From Treponemataceae bacterium (lineage in GTDB: Bacteria; Spirochaetota; Spirochaetia; Treponematales; Rectinemataceae): a DNA stretch of 64,000 nt. The stretch covers positions 128,001 to 192,000 of the forward strand of contig CAXXGJ010000017.1 of NCBI GenBank assembly GCA_963677895.2, in the 5' to 3' direction. Under the pieces are notes generated by a model. That model searched no databases. It had not been told where the DNA came from and worked only from the letters and a program-made list of their open reading frames with translations. The first letter of the stretch is position 1, and each line of letters starts with the position of its first letter. The position numbers and the translations under genes were made by a program. Below are positions 19,561 through 29,123 of the stretch, one piece after another.

Positions 19561-20480
19561 GACTTCCTCCCTTTCAGGGAACGGCTCAGGATGACGACGA
19601 TGATGAGGACGAAGAACACGATGTCAGCCCATTCGCGGGTTCCGCGGAAGGCGCGCAGGAAACTCTCGGAAATGCCGAGGAGAATGCTCGCGCTCAGGAT
19701 GCCGGGAATGTTGCCTACGCCGGCCATGGCCACGAGGCAGAAACTCTTCATTGTGAAGGGCGATCCGACGCTCGGGAAGATGGCTGATTTCGTGAGGAAA
19801 AGCGCGCCCATCGCGCCGAGGAGGGCTGTGGCTATCGCGAACACGAGGCCGTAGATCCGGTTGACGTCGATGCCGACGATCGCGGCGCCGCGCGGATTCT
19901 GGCCCACAGCGAGAGCGGCCTTGCCGGTCGTCGTCTTCGTGAGGAAGAATGTCAGCCCATAGGTGAAAAGGATGGCGGCGGCGACGAAAACGAAGGACCA
20001 GACGCCGAAGGTGAGTTCGCCGATGTCCATAGAGGCCGAAACGTAGTCGAGCGACATCTTGAAGGTCTGCGAGGTGAAGGCCAGGTTGATGGCCTGGCTG
20101 AAGACGATCGATATGCCGAAGGTGAGGATGAGCTGGTTGAGTTCGGGAGCCTTGAGCGCCCGCCGGATCGTCAATTGGAAGATGACCCAGCCAAAGAGGG
20201 CGGTGACGAGGGCCGTCGGGACGATGGCGAGGAGGGGATCCATGCCCAGAGCCTTGCAGGCGAAATAGGTAGCGTAGGAGGCCATCATCATGAATTCGCC
20301 GTGGGCGAGGTTCACGATGTGGACGATTCCGAGCACGAGTCCCATGGGGATCGCGATCGCCGCGTAGAGCCCCGCGGACTGCAGGCCGTAGATGAGGACG
20401 GTCGGCTTCCACAGGATGATAGCGATCACGGCTACCGTACACAGAGCTAGGAGGATAGCTGTTCGTTTTTTCAGTGCCAT
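19557..20480 (-). CDS. livH: Liv-type ABC transporter permease
   Basis: IVNLAHGEF, TGKAALAVGQN...GID motifs. Confidence 0.88.
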   Translation of the reverse strand: MALKKRTAILLALCTVAVIAIILWKPTVLIYGLQSAGLYAAIAIPMGLVLGIVHIVNLAHGEFMMMASYATYFACKALGMDPLLAIVPTALVTALFGWVIFQLTIRRALKAPELNQLILTFGISIVFSQAINLAFTSQTFKMSLDYVSASMDIGELTFGVWSFVFVAAAILFTYGLTFFLTKTTTGKAALAVGQNPRGAAIVGIDVNRIYGLVFAIATALLGAMGALFLTKSAIFPSVGSPFTMKSFCLVAMAGVGNIPGILSASILLGISESFLRAFRGTREWADIVFFVLIIVVILSRSLKGRKS

Positions 20481-20509
20481 CTTGACTGCCTTTTTACTGG
20501 AATAAAATG

Positions 20510-20560
20510 CCGCGGGGCGGCGCGGGCGATCTTCTGGAGATCGCCCGCGAAACCTCGCGG
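20510..20560. other. Strong intergenic hairpin between the substrate-binding gene and the permease
   Basis: 12-bp stem CGCGGGCGATCT/AGATCGCCCGCG flanked by CCGCGGGG/CCTCGCGG. Confidence 0.65.
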
Positions 20561-20587
20561 TAATACATTAAAAATACGGAACCGTTC

Positions 20588-21802
20588 TCACTTCCACGCG
20601 GGGAAAGGATACACGGGCTCAGAGGTGGCCGCTTCGAAGGGCCAGATCACTTCCTGGAAACCGTTCTGCCACTGCAGGATTTTCTGCCTGGTGATTCCCT
20701 GGTGCTTGATGACGTTGGACGGCTTGAAGGTGATGGTCTCTCCGAGGGCCGAAGCGTACTTCGTCGCCTCGAGAGCCTTGACGAGCGGCGCGGTTTCGGT
20801 GGTGCCGGCGGCCTTGATGCCGTTGGCCAGGATATGGACCGCGTCATAGGCCAGAAGGGCGAAATAAGTGGCCGGTTCTTCCCTGAATTTCTTGACGTAG
20901 GCATCGTAGAATTTCTTGCTCGTGGCGTTGCCTTCGTTCATGGCCGTCGACCACATTCCGTAGAGCATCACGTTGCGCGAAAGCTTGGACGATCCGAAGC
21001 CGATGGGCCATCCGGGGGGCGCTCCGAGATAGATGCCGGGGCTGAACTTCATGGCCTTGGACTGCTCAAGCAGGGGAAGAGCGTCGGCGTCGTAGCCGGC
21101 CCATATGAAGAGGTCTGGTTTGTAGCTCTTGGCAGCTTCGAGGACAGCGGTGTAGTCGCCGCCGCCGAGGGCCGCGCTCTTGAAGGGCGCGCCGTCGATC
21201 GTGAAGCGGCTGGCGCTTCCGCCGAAAAGGGTCTTCGTCGCGGTCCAGGAGGACTGGCCGAAGGCGCCTTCCTCGTAGGCGAGGAAGATCTTCTTAACCT
21301 GGACGTTCGGGTACTTCGCCATGATGGCATTCCAGCCCTCGAGGTAGGAAGCGCCCTGATTGTAATCCCATGGATGCAGATGGAAATAGAAATCGGATTC
21401 GGGCGAGGGACCGAGCGCCTTCTCGACCGTCGAGCTCGCGGCCGCGCCGGTGGACATGACGACCTTGCCGTATTTCTTGAAGACGGGGATCTTGCCGAGT
21501 TCGGCGCCGGAAGCCATGCCGCCAAGAAAAACGTCTACCTTGTCCACGGTGGCCAGCTTCTCGACCTGAGCCGCGGCCTTGTCGGCCTTGCCCTCATCAT
21601 CGGCGACGATGAGTTCGAGTTTCTTGCCGAGAACGCCGCCGGCCGCGTTGATTTCATCGACGGCGATCTGGGCGGCCTTGCTGCCCTGGTTTCCGGTGAT
21701 GTCGGCGAGCATCCAGATACCGCCGATCTTGATGGTGCCCTGCGCGAAAACGCCGCCCGACAAGAGGGCCAGCGCCGCAAGAACCAAAAGGATTCGTTTC
21801 AT
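20588..21802 (-). CDS. Liv-type ABC transporter periplasmic substrate-binding protein
   Basis: Signal peptide, AVDEINAAGGVLGKKLELIVADD, AYDAV. Confidence 0.9.
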   Translation of the reverse strand: MKRILLVLAALALLSGGVFAQGTIKIGGIWMLADITGNQGSKAAQIAVDEINAAGGVLGKKLELIVADDEGKADKAAAQVEKLATVDKVDVFLGGMASGAELGKIPVFKKYGKVVMSTGAAASSTVEKALGPSPESDFYFHLHPWDYNQGASYLEGWNAIMAKYPNVQVKKIFLAYEEGAFGQSSWTATKTLFGGSASRFTIDGAPFKSAALGGGDYTAVLEAAKSYKPDLFIWAGYDADALPLLEQSKAMKFSPGIYLGAPPGWPIGFGSSKLSRNVMLYGMWSTAMNEGNATSKKFYDAYVKKFREEPATYFALLAYDAVHILANGIKAAGTTETAPLVKALEATKYASALGETITFKPSNVIKHQGITRQKILQWQNGFQEVIWPFEAATSEPVYPFPAWK

Positions 21803-21912
21803 TCAAGCCTCCCTGGGACCGCCTAACTCGGCTGCCCCTTTTTCTATCCGGTCCGGAATGCCCGGCCGGCATTGACCAACATAAAGGGCGCGGCGAAGCG
21901 CCCCCGGCGTCT

Positions 21913-22650
21913 TTAGAGCACCAGTCCGCCGTCCACGCGCAGCACCTGGCCCGTGATGAATACCGATTCCTCCGAACAGAGGAAAAGCACGGCGTTGGCG
22001 ATGTCGATAGGCATTGCCAGCCGTCCGAGCGGCGTCTTCGCGATGATGGGCTCGAGGACCTTTTCGGGAACGGACTCGATCATCGGCGTCCTGCAGTAGC
22101 CCGGCGATACAGAGTTGACCCTGATCTTCGCGCCCTTGCGGGCGAATTCCTTGGCCCAGCCCTTGGTCATGGCCACGACGCCGCCCTTGGTGGCGGCGTA
22201 GTTGGACTGGCCGATATTGCCGTCCAGCCCGACGACAGAGGCTATGGAGACGATGGCACCGCTTCCGCCCGCCATCATCTGGGGAGCGACCGCCCGCGTC
22301 ATCTTGAAGACGCCGGTGAGGTTGACGTTGATGACCGCGGCCCAGTCGTCGTCGCTCATCTTCTGGATGAGGGCGTCGCGCGTTATGCCCGCGTTGTTGA
22401 CGAGGGCGTCGATGCGGCCGAATTCGGCCTGGACTTTCTCGACGAAAGCCTGGATCTGCGCGGTGTCGGTGACGTTGAGCACGGCGCCTCTCACATTGCT
22501 CCTGCCGGCTTCGAGTTCGGGGAAGGCCGCGTCGTTGACGTCGACGGCGAAAACCATGGCGGCGCCCTCTTCGGCGAAGCGGTCGACGATCGCGCGGCCT
22601 ATGCCGCGGGCGCCGCCCGTCACTATGCAAACCTTGTCCTTCATTCTCAT
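21913..22650 (-). CDS. fabG: 3-oxoacyl reductase, FabG/PhaB-like SDR
   Basis: TGGARGIG, NNAGITRD, GQSNYAATKGG. Confidence 0.85.
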   Translation of the reverse strand: MRMKDKVCIVTGGARGIGRAIVDRFAEEGAAMVFAVDVNDAAFPELEAGRSNVRGAVLNVTDTAQIQAFVEKVQAEFGRIDALVNNAGITRDALIQKMSDDDWAAVINVNLTGVFKMTRAVAPQMMAGGSGAIVSIASVVGLDGNIGQSNYAATKGGVVAMTKGWAKEFARKGAKIRVNSVSPGYCRTPMIESVPEKVLEPIIAKTPLGRLAMPIDIANAVLFLCSEESVFITGQVLRVDGGLVL

Positions 22651-22697
22651 ATGATTCCTCCCAATACTAACTATTTCTATTCACAGACTTCCTGACC

Positions 22698-22731
22698 GAC
22701 GGAATCGCGACGCCTACGGCGCGGTTCCGTC
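22698..22731. other. Intergenic palindrome (REP-like hairpin)
   Basis: GACGGAATCGCG/CGCGGTTCCGTC 12-bp stem with one G-T pair. Confidence 0.5.
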
Positions 22732-22760
22732 GCGTCAAAGGATAGTGACGCTCAACGTCA

Positions 22761-23774
22761 TTATCCCTTGACGATTCCCCATCGGACGATCGTGCTCGCC
22801 CACACGAAGCCGAGGCCGGCGCCCACGAGGACGATGTTGGCGCCTTCCCTGATCTTCCCCGACTCCAACCCGAGCTTCATGGACAGAAGCTGGTCGTTCT
22901 GTCCTATATGGCCGTAATCCTCGAGATAGGTAGACTGCCCCGCCTCAAGACCGAGTTCCGCGAGAACAGCCTCGTGCGCGCTGCGCTTGAAGTGGAGGAT
23001 GGCGAGATAGTCGATGTCGGATTGATCGAGCCCCGATTTCGCGAGCGCGTCGCGGATGACGCCATAAAAGTTGGGCATCGTCACCTCGCCCAGCTTGGCC
23101 TTGAAGGCCGCCTCGTCGGGCACGACGAAAAAGGGCCTCGCGGCGTCCTCGGGCTTGGGGGGCCAGGCTTTGGAACCCAGCACCGGCACCACGCACATCT
23201 CGGAAAGCGATCCATCGCCCCTGAAAGCGGATGAAAGGATGGCGTTTTTCCCCAAATCCTTCACGAGCACGCAGGCCGAGCCGCCCGATCCGATGTCCAT
23301 CATGAATCGCGTGGGCGGATAGGCGAGGTCGATGAGATCGTTGTTGCGATAGCCCGATACGAGAAGGACGGTCTTGAGGTCGTCCCTGGCGAGCATGAGG
23401 GACTTGGCCACGTCGAGCGCCGCCATCATCGATCCGCACATGGCTTCCATGTCGAAACTCCAGGCGCGGCTGGCGCCCAGCCGGTTGGCGACATTGAGCC
23501 CTGCGAGCCAGCATGGATAATCCTTGTGCTGGGCGCCGCACCAGATGACGAGGTCCAATTCCCGGGCTTCAACGCCAGCTTCGTCGAGCGCATCCACCGC
23601 GGCCTTGTAGCCCATGTCGGAGGTCGTGTTGTCGGGACCGGCCACCGGCTTCCGGTTTACGCCGAATTTTCTGGCTATGACATCTTCCGGTACGCCGCTC
23701 GCCTGGGCCAGATCGGCGGCGGTGGTATAGGTATCGGGTAAAAAAACCCCGATACCGGCGATTCCTATATGCAT
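22761..23774 (-). CDS. 3-oxoacyl-ACP synthase III-like protein, Cys-His-His type
   Basis: MEAMCGS Cys, ILHFKR His, YGHIGQND His in place of Asn, GAGLGFVW; GGAG RBS before ATG 23774. Confidence 0.85.
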   Translation of the reverse strand: MHIGIAGIGVFLPDTYTTAADLAQASGVPEDVIARKFGVNRKPVAGPDNTTSDMGYKAAVDALDEAGVEARELDLVIWCGAQHKDYPCWLAGLNVANRLGASRAWSFDMEAMCGSMMAALDVAKSLMLARDDLKTVLLVSGYRNNDLIDLAYPPTRFMMDIGSGGSACVLVKDLGKNAILSSAFRGDGSLSEMCVVPVLGSKAWPPKPEDAARPFFVVPDEAAFKAKLGEVTMPNFYGVIRDALAKSGLDQSDIDYLAILHFKRSAHEAVLAELGLEAGQSTYLEDYGHIGQNDQLLSMKLGLESGKIREGANIVLVGAGLGFVWASTIVRWGIVKG

Positions 23775-23790
23775 CCCAAACTCCATGAAG

Positions 23791-23808
23791 AGTGAATCAT
23801 CTCTCACT
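23791..23808. promoter_or_regulatory. Putative TetR operator 1
   Basis: AGTGA-ATCATCTC-TCACT inverted repeat directly downstream of a TATGAT -10 element on the minus strand. Confidence 0.6.
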
Positions 23809-23985
23809 ATCATATCCATCGGTTTCCTCAATCCGTCAAGGGCAAATTTGTGATATTTTTAACAATTATGGATCATAGGATTATAAGAAATTTCTATCTT
23901 ATTTTATTATATATATTTATAAAGTTTGAATTACCGATGGCATATCCATGATCCGCGGCCTCCGCTCTTTTTTTCGGAATCGCAC

Positions 23986-24043
23986 TTGCGCGATCCGGCC
24001 AAGCGCCTTATACTATTTTTCAAGATATGAACCATCTCTCATT
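23986..24043 (+). promoter_or_regulatory. tetR promoter and putative TetR operator 2
   Basis: TTGCGC-N17-TATACT (23986-24014), then TATGAACCATCTCTCATT (24026-24043), a near copy of operator 1. Confidence 0.6.
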
Positions 24044-24098
24044 CATATCCGCGCGGAATTTTGATCGAGAGAAACTTCGTAATACCTGGGGAAAAGCG

Positions 24099-25241
24099 AT
24101 GGACAAATCCATATCTGACAAGGAAGAAGCTCCAGGAAGCCGGGATCGGCTCGTTTTCTCGACCATAGAGCTTCTCTCGGAAAAATGGTATGGAACGGTG
24201 TCGGTGGCCGAGATATGCAGGCACGCCGGCCTGTCCAACGGGCTTTTCTATCGTTATTTCCAGAGCAAGGAAGAGATATTCAAACATATCCTCGAACTTG
24301 TCATCGAGAAAATCGCCGAGGCTCTCTCGAACCTTCCCGGCGAAACGCAGCGCGAGAAGCTGGAGCTCTTCGCGAAAAATATTTTTGAGTTCTCGCGCGA
24401 CAACCGCTCCCTCGTGAAGGTTTTCCGCGAAGGGCAATATCGATTTTTCGAATACGAAAGACGCCTGATGGCGGTCTATACCGAGGCTTTAGGCAGGGTT
24501 ACCGGAGGGAAAGTCCCCCTTTCCTCCTATGTATTCGCCCTCGGGGGACTTCGTTTCGCGGCCATCCGTTCGGCCTTCCACGGCATTCCCGCACGCCTTC
24601 CCGTCCTTCAGCGAATACTCGAAGAAGGCATGTTCAGGCAGTACGACTTCGATCCCGCCAAGGTTTTCTCGACATCCATCACGCCGCTTCCCCTCGACGT
24701 GATGCCCGATGCCAGGGAACGGATCCTTCGCGAAGGCAAGACGCTGATCGGGAAGCAGGGATATTTCGAGACGAACATTCACGAGATCACGACGGCGGCC
24801 GGCCTTTCGACGGGCGCCTTCTACACGTACTTCACGAACAAGGAAGCTTTCTTCGCCGAACTCATCCACAGGGTCGGCAGGGAAGTTAGGCGCTTCATAT
24901 CCATCAATCTCGACCCATCGCTCAACAGGCTGGAGCGCGAGCTTCGCGGCCTCTGGCTTTTTATCGTCTACCTGTCGCTGGAAAGATATTGCTATGGCAT
25001 CGTGAGGGAGGCCGAATTCGTCCTGCCCGAAGCCGCCAAGGCATATTACGACGCCTTCGTCGACGGCTACCGGGAACATGACGAGAGCGTCCAGATGATC
25101 GACGAAACGACGGAGATCGAATTCATGCTGGGCGTCGCGCATTATCTGGGAATCGAGGTGATATTCGATCAATCGCCGGAGAACGCCAGAACGGTGATAA
25201 GCGAAATAGGAAAATTCTACCGCTTCGGCTATGGAGGATGA
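24099..25241 (+). CDS. TetR/AcrR family regulator with two tandem TetR modules
   Basis: Two HTH motifs: SVAEICRHAGLSNGLFYRYFQSKEE and NIHEITTAAGLSTGAFYTYFTNKEA. Confidence 0.88.
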   Translation: MDKSISDKEEAPGSRDRLVFSTIELLSEKWYGTVSVAEICRHAGLSNGLFYRYFQSKEEIFKHILELVIEKIAEALSNLPGETQREKLELFAKNIFEFSRDNRSLVKVFREGQYRFFEYERRLMAVYTEALGRVTGGKVPLSSYVFALGGLRFAAIRSAFHGIPARLPVLQRILEEGMFRQYDFDPAKVFSTSITPLPLDVMPDARERILREGKTLIGKQGYFETNIHEITTAAGLSTGAFYTYFTNKEAFFAELIHRVGREVRRFISINLDPSLNRLERELRGLWLFIVYLSLERYCYGIVREAEFVLPEAAKAYYDAFVDGYREHDESVQMIDETTEIEFMLGVAHYLGIEVIFDQSPENARTVISEIGKFYRFGYGG

Positions 25242-25242
25242 T

Positions 25243-26250
25243 ATGGCAGTCGCGCGCATCATAGGCACGGGAATCTACGCACCGGGCGATCCCATCGACA
25301 ACGCGAAACTGAAACGACTGACGGGCATAGAATTCGGCGCGGCGAAGCACGAGGCCAAACTTGGAATCGCGCAACGTCATGTCGCGAGGCTGTCTGGTCT
25401 CGACGAAACCACCGCCGATTTCGCGGAAAAGGCCGCGCGTGCTGCGTTGGCCGACGCGGCGCTCGATCCCATGGAAGTGGGGATGTTCGTCGTGGCGACC
25501 GACACGCCCGAGTATATTTCGCCCGCCACGGGAATTCTGCTCCAGGGCCGCCTGCAGAGGGGCGAGACGGAATCGCGCGCCTTCGACGTGGGAGCTTCCT
25601 GCGCGAGTTTCGTCACGGCGCTGGACATGGCCGCCCGCGCCGTCGCCTCCGACCCCAGCCTGCGCTACGCGCTCGTCGTGGGCGTCTACAACATGCCGGC
25701 CTACATCCGCGACGGCGACGCCTTCGGCTGGTCGATTTTCGCCGACGGCGCGGGCGCCGTCCTTCTCGAGCGCGCCGAAAGCGGCGATTTCGGTTATGTC
25801 GACGGCGTCTTCCGCGCCGACGGCACCCAGTGGAACTACGTCGGCGTCTACGCGGGCGGAACCCGCAAACCCGTCACGAGGGAACTACTCGACGCGGGCA
25901 CCTACGGCCTTGAACTGCTCCAGCGCCTTCCGGGCGACAGAAACGTGAAGCTGTGGCCGCCCCTCGTGCGGCGCCTCCTCGAAAAGGCCGGCGTCGCGCA
26001 GTCCGAAGTCGCCCACTACATCTTCACCCAGATCAACCGGTCGGTCATCGCCGAAGTGATGGGCATCCTCGGCGAGCCCATGGAAAAGACGACGACCATC
26101 ATGGACCGCTTCGGCTACACAGGTTCGGCCTGCGTGCCCATGGCCCTCCACGAGGCGCTCCTGGCCGGAACCGTCCACAGGGGCGATCTCGTCGTCCTCG
26201 TGGCGTCGGGGGCGGGGCTCGCCGTCGGCGCCTCGCTGATCCGTCTATGA
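25243..26250 (+). CDS. 3-oxoacyl-ACP synthase III-like protein with non-canonical active site
   Basis: GASCASF Cys and FADGAGA present; FTQIN replaces HQAN; FGYTGSA replaces GNTSSA; GGAGG RBS. Confidence 0.85.
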   Translation: MAVARIIGTGIYAPGDPIDNAKLKRLTGIEFGAAKHEAKLGIAQRHVARLSGLDETTADFAEKAARAALADAALDPMEVGMFVVATDTPEYISPATGILLQGRLQRGETESRAFDVGASCASFVTALDMAARAVASDPSLRYALVVGVYNMPAYIRDGDAFGWSIFADGAGAVLLERAESGDFGYVDGVFRADGTQWNYVGVYAGGTRKPVTRELLDAGTYGLELLQRLPGDRNVKLWPPLVRRLLEKAGVAQSEVAHYIFTQINRSVIAEVMGILGEPMEKTTTIMDRFGYTGSACVPMALHEALLAGTVHRGDLVVLVASGAGLAVGASLIRL

Positions 26251-26311
26251 AATACCCGCGGCCGGGACATGTCAGGCGGCCGCCTAAACTCTGCCAGTAA
26301 AGGAGCACACC

Positions 26312-27619
26312 ATGAATTGGCTCGATGTCTACAAAAGCAAGCTGATATCCATCGACGAGGCCGTGTCCATGATCCGGAGCGACAACGACATAATCGTCGG
26401 CCAGTGCGCCTCCGAGCCCCAGGGCTGCATGTCGCGCTTCCATATCGTGGGCGACAGAGTGACCGATGTCAGGGTCTTCTCCGTCCTCACCCTGAAGCCC
26501 TACGACTTCTACATGAAGCCCGAGATGAAAGGCCACTTCGAGCTGGCCTCCTGGTTCCACGCCCCGGGATCGCGCGCCGCCCTCAAGGCCGGGACCGGCA
26601 CGGTCACCTACGTCCCCAACATGCTGCACCGCGCGGCCACGGACAGGATCCACGCCCACCGGCCCGAGATATTCTTCGGCACCTGCACCCCCCCCGACAA
26701 GCACGGCTTCGTCTCCCTCTCCCTCGGCATCACCTACGAGAAGGACATGGTCGAAGCGGCGAAGCTCGTCGTGCTCGAGGTGAATCCCCGCCTCCCGCGC
26801 ACCTTCGGCGACACCCAGGTCCATGTTTCGCAGGTCGGCTATTTCGTCGAGTACGACCAGGAAGTGCCCAGCCTTCCAGCCCCCAACCCCGACGCCACCG
26901 ACATGGCTATCGGCGCCCATATCGCGGAGCTCGTCGACGACGGTTCGACCATCCAGCTCGGCATAGGCGGGATTCCCAACGCGGCAGCCCTCGCCCTGCG
27001 CGACAAGAAGGACTTGGGCGTGCATACGGAGATGCTGGTAGATTCCATGATGGAGCTGTACGAGATGGGCGTGGTGACGAACGCCAGGAAGGCGCTCAAA
27101 AAAGGAAAGTTCATCACTACCTTCGCGATGGGTTCGCGCAGGTTCTACGACTGGCTCGACGACAACGTAGCCGTCGAGTTCCAACGCGGTCGCTGGACGA
27201 ACGACCCGTCGATCGTCGCCCAGAATTCGAAGATGGTGTCGATCAACACCTGCATTTCAGTGGATCTCACCGGCCAGGTGGCGAGCGAGAGCATCGGCCC
27301 CAACCAGTATTCGGGCACAGGCGGCCAATCAGACACGGCCACGGGCGCCGTGGCTGGCTTCGACGGTCTCGGGAAAAGCATCATCGCCTGCTACAGCACG
27401 GCGAAAAATGGCACTGTCTCGACCATCGTCCCCATGCTCCCCGAAGGTTCGGCCGTCACCCTGCACCGCAGCCTCGTGGATCATGTCGTCACCGAGAACG
27501 GCATCGCCCGCCTGCGCGGCAGGACGGTGCGCGAAAGGGCCAGGGAGCTTATCGCCATCGCGAAGCCCGAATTCAGGGATGAGCTGACTTCCAAGGCCAA
27601 GGCCTTGGGCTATCTATGA
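26312..27619 (+). CDS. Acetyl-CoA hydrolase/transferase family protein (4-hydroxybutyrate CoA-transferase Cat2-like)
   Basis: TIQLGIGGIP, LGVHTEM, VDLTGQV, SGTGGQ, VVTENGIA. Confidence 0.9.
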   Translation: MNWLDVYKSKLISIDEAVSMIRSDNDIIVGQCASEPQGCMSRFHIVGDRVTDVRVFSVLTLKPYDFYMKPEMKGHFELASWFHAPGSRAALKAGTGTVTYVPNMLHRAATDRIHAHRPEIFFGTCTPPDKHGFVSLSLGITYEKDMVEAAKLVVLEVNPRLPRTFGDTQVHVSQVGYFVEYDQEVPSLPAPNPDATDMAIGAHIAELVDDGSTIQLGIGGIPNAAALALRDKKDLGVHTEMLVDSMMELYEMGVVTNARKALKKGKFITTFAMGSRRFYDWLDDNVAVEFQRGRWTNDPSIVAQNSKMVSINTCISVDLTGQVASESIGPNQYSGTGGQSDTATGAVAGFDGLGKSIIACYSTAKNGTVSTIVPMLPEGSAVTLHRSLVDHVVTENGIARLRGRTVRERARELIAIAKPEFRDELTSKAKALGYL

Positions 27620-28654
27620 TCTGTCGATCCTGATATCGCCCGAGGCCGAGCTGATTTTTACGGGTATGAGGCCGGTACCGAACCTGATGGTCCGCGCGCC
27701 GTTCTGGATGCCTTCGCATTCCACGTCGCCCGAGACCGTGGACCAGCCCACCGTGGCATCGATGTCCCTCGGGCAGAGCAGCGAGATGTCGCCCGATGCC
27801 GTGGTCACCGATACCCTGTTGCACTGATCGTCCATCTCCACCTCGACGGAACCCGATGCCGTCTCGATGGAGATATTTTCCGTGCAGCCCGCGAGGGCTA
27901 TATCGCCGGAGGCCGTCGTCACCTCGATGTCGCCCGAGCAGAGTCTCACGTCGACATCGCCGGAGGCCGTCTGGATCGAAAGATCGCCTACCCTGTCCTC
28001 GACGACGACGTCTCCCGAAAGGGTCCTGACCGAAAGTTGATCCACCGTGCTCGGTATCCCGATTTCGAGGGTTTCAGGCTCACGGGGACCGCCTGTGGCC
28101 ACGATCTCCATGGTCCTGTCGTCGCGATTCATTATTCTGAATGAAGGGGTGTCGTCGCCGTTGGCCTTTACCGAGAGGCCGGAAGTCGAGAGAAGGATTT
28201 TGACGTCGGTCGATTTCGTCCTGCAGATGATCTCCCTCACGTTTCCAATCGGCAGATCCTTGAAACGCAGGGTCCTGCCGCCGTCGCCCCGCTCGCGCTC
28301 GGCGTCCTTGAAGATCGTGGCGACGTTGAAAGCCCTGCGGATCACGTCCCCCAGGTCTTCCCCGTCTATGGTGATGCGCGTCTTGGCTTTGACTCGTTCT
28401 TTTTTATCGTCCGCGCGGTCTTTTTCCTCGGATCCGGTTTTTTGGCAGGTGACGCCCGATTCCTTGCAGAGACATTCGGCGAAGGTCTCGGGCTTTTCGA
28501 GGCCGGCGACGATCTCCTCTTCGCTCATATCGGGATGCTTGAGCGCCAGCTCATCGATATGGTCTTCGATTTCGAGGAGGATGTCCCTCCTCGAGTCCTC
28601 TTCGAAGCCCTCCAGGCCCCGCGAAAGCGCTTCGATGTATTCTTTCCTTGTCAT
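27614..28654 (-). CDS. DUF1700/HAAS N-terminal domain plus DUF4097 beta-repeat protein
   Basis: MTRKEYIEAL...DILLEIEDHI N-terminus; repeated TxSGD motifs; directly downstream of padR. Confidence 0.78.
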   Translation of the reverse strand: MTRKEYIEALSRGLEGFEEDSRRDILLEIEDHIDELALKHPDMSEEEIVAGLEKPETFAECLCKESGVTCQKTGSEEKDRADDKKERVKAKTRITIDGEDLGDVIRRAFNVATIFKDAERERGDGGRTLRFKDLPIGNVREIICRTKSTDVKILLSTSGLSVKANGDDTPSFRIMNRDDRTMEIVATGGPREPETLEIGIPSTVDQLSVRTLSGDVVVEDRVGDLSIQTASGDVDVRLCSGDIEVTTASGDIALAGCTENISIETASGSVEVEMDDQCNRVSVTTASGDISLLCPRDIDATVGWSTVSGDVECEGIQNGARTIRFGTGLIPVKISSASGDIRIDRS

Positions 28655-29007
28655 AGTGCCGTTCCTCTGCCCGAAATGCGCGTGCGGGCCCGATCACTTC
28701 TATCGTATTCCTCCAGCATGGCGGAAAGCAATGCCGAACCCAACCCGGTTATACTGTAATATTTTCGGGGATGTCCCACGTCGGGGGTTTCCCAGCTGGA
28801 CGATATGCTGCCGTCTCTCGTCATCCGCATGAGAAGGGGATAGAGCGTTCCTTCGGATACATCGATGCCTATGGTCTTCAGGCTTTCCATCATCTCGAGC
28901 CCATAGCTGCGCCCGCTGGAGCCCAGGAGCTCCAGTATGCAGAGCTCCAGAAAGCCTTTCCGGAACTGGCTTTTCCATTTTTCAAAAAGCTCGCCAGACA
29001 TATCCAT
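28651..29007 (-). CDS. PadR family transcriptional regulator
   Basis: QFRKGFLELCIL, EGTLYPLLMR, PRKYYSIT. Confidence 0.92.
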   Translation of the reverse strand: MDMSGELFEKWKSQFRKGFLELCILELLGSSGRSYGLEMMESLKTIGIDVSEGTLYPLLMRMTRDGSISSSWETPDVGHPRKYYSITGLGSALLSAMLEEYDRSDRARTRISGRGTAL

Positions 29008-29123
29008 GAGCTTTTCCTTTCAGGGAAGAAAGATAGCGGGACGCGGGCGCTGTCGTCTCGCGGCGATGCGCCTGCCCTACCCCTTCCCTTTGCCTTCCGC
29101 GTCATCGCGGAGGGGCGCTCGGC

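Noticed and set aside
26269..27582. 437-aa Arg/Pro-rich ORF in an alternate frame
   Set aside because: Off-frame shadow of the CoA-transferase. The same applies to 13517-14554, 21803-22630, 29455-30687 and 31916-33127.
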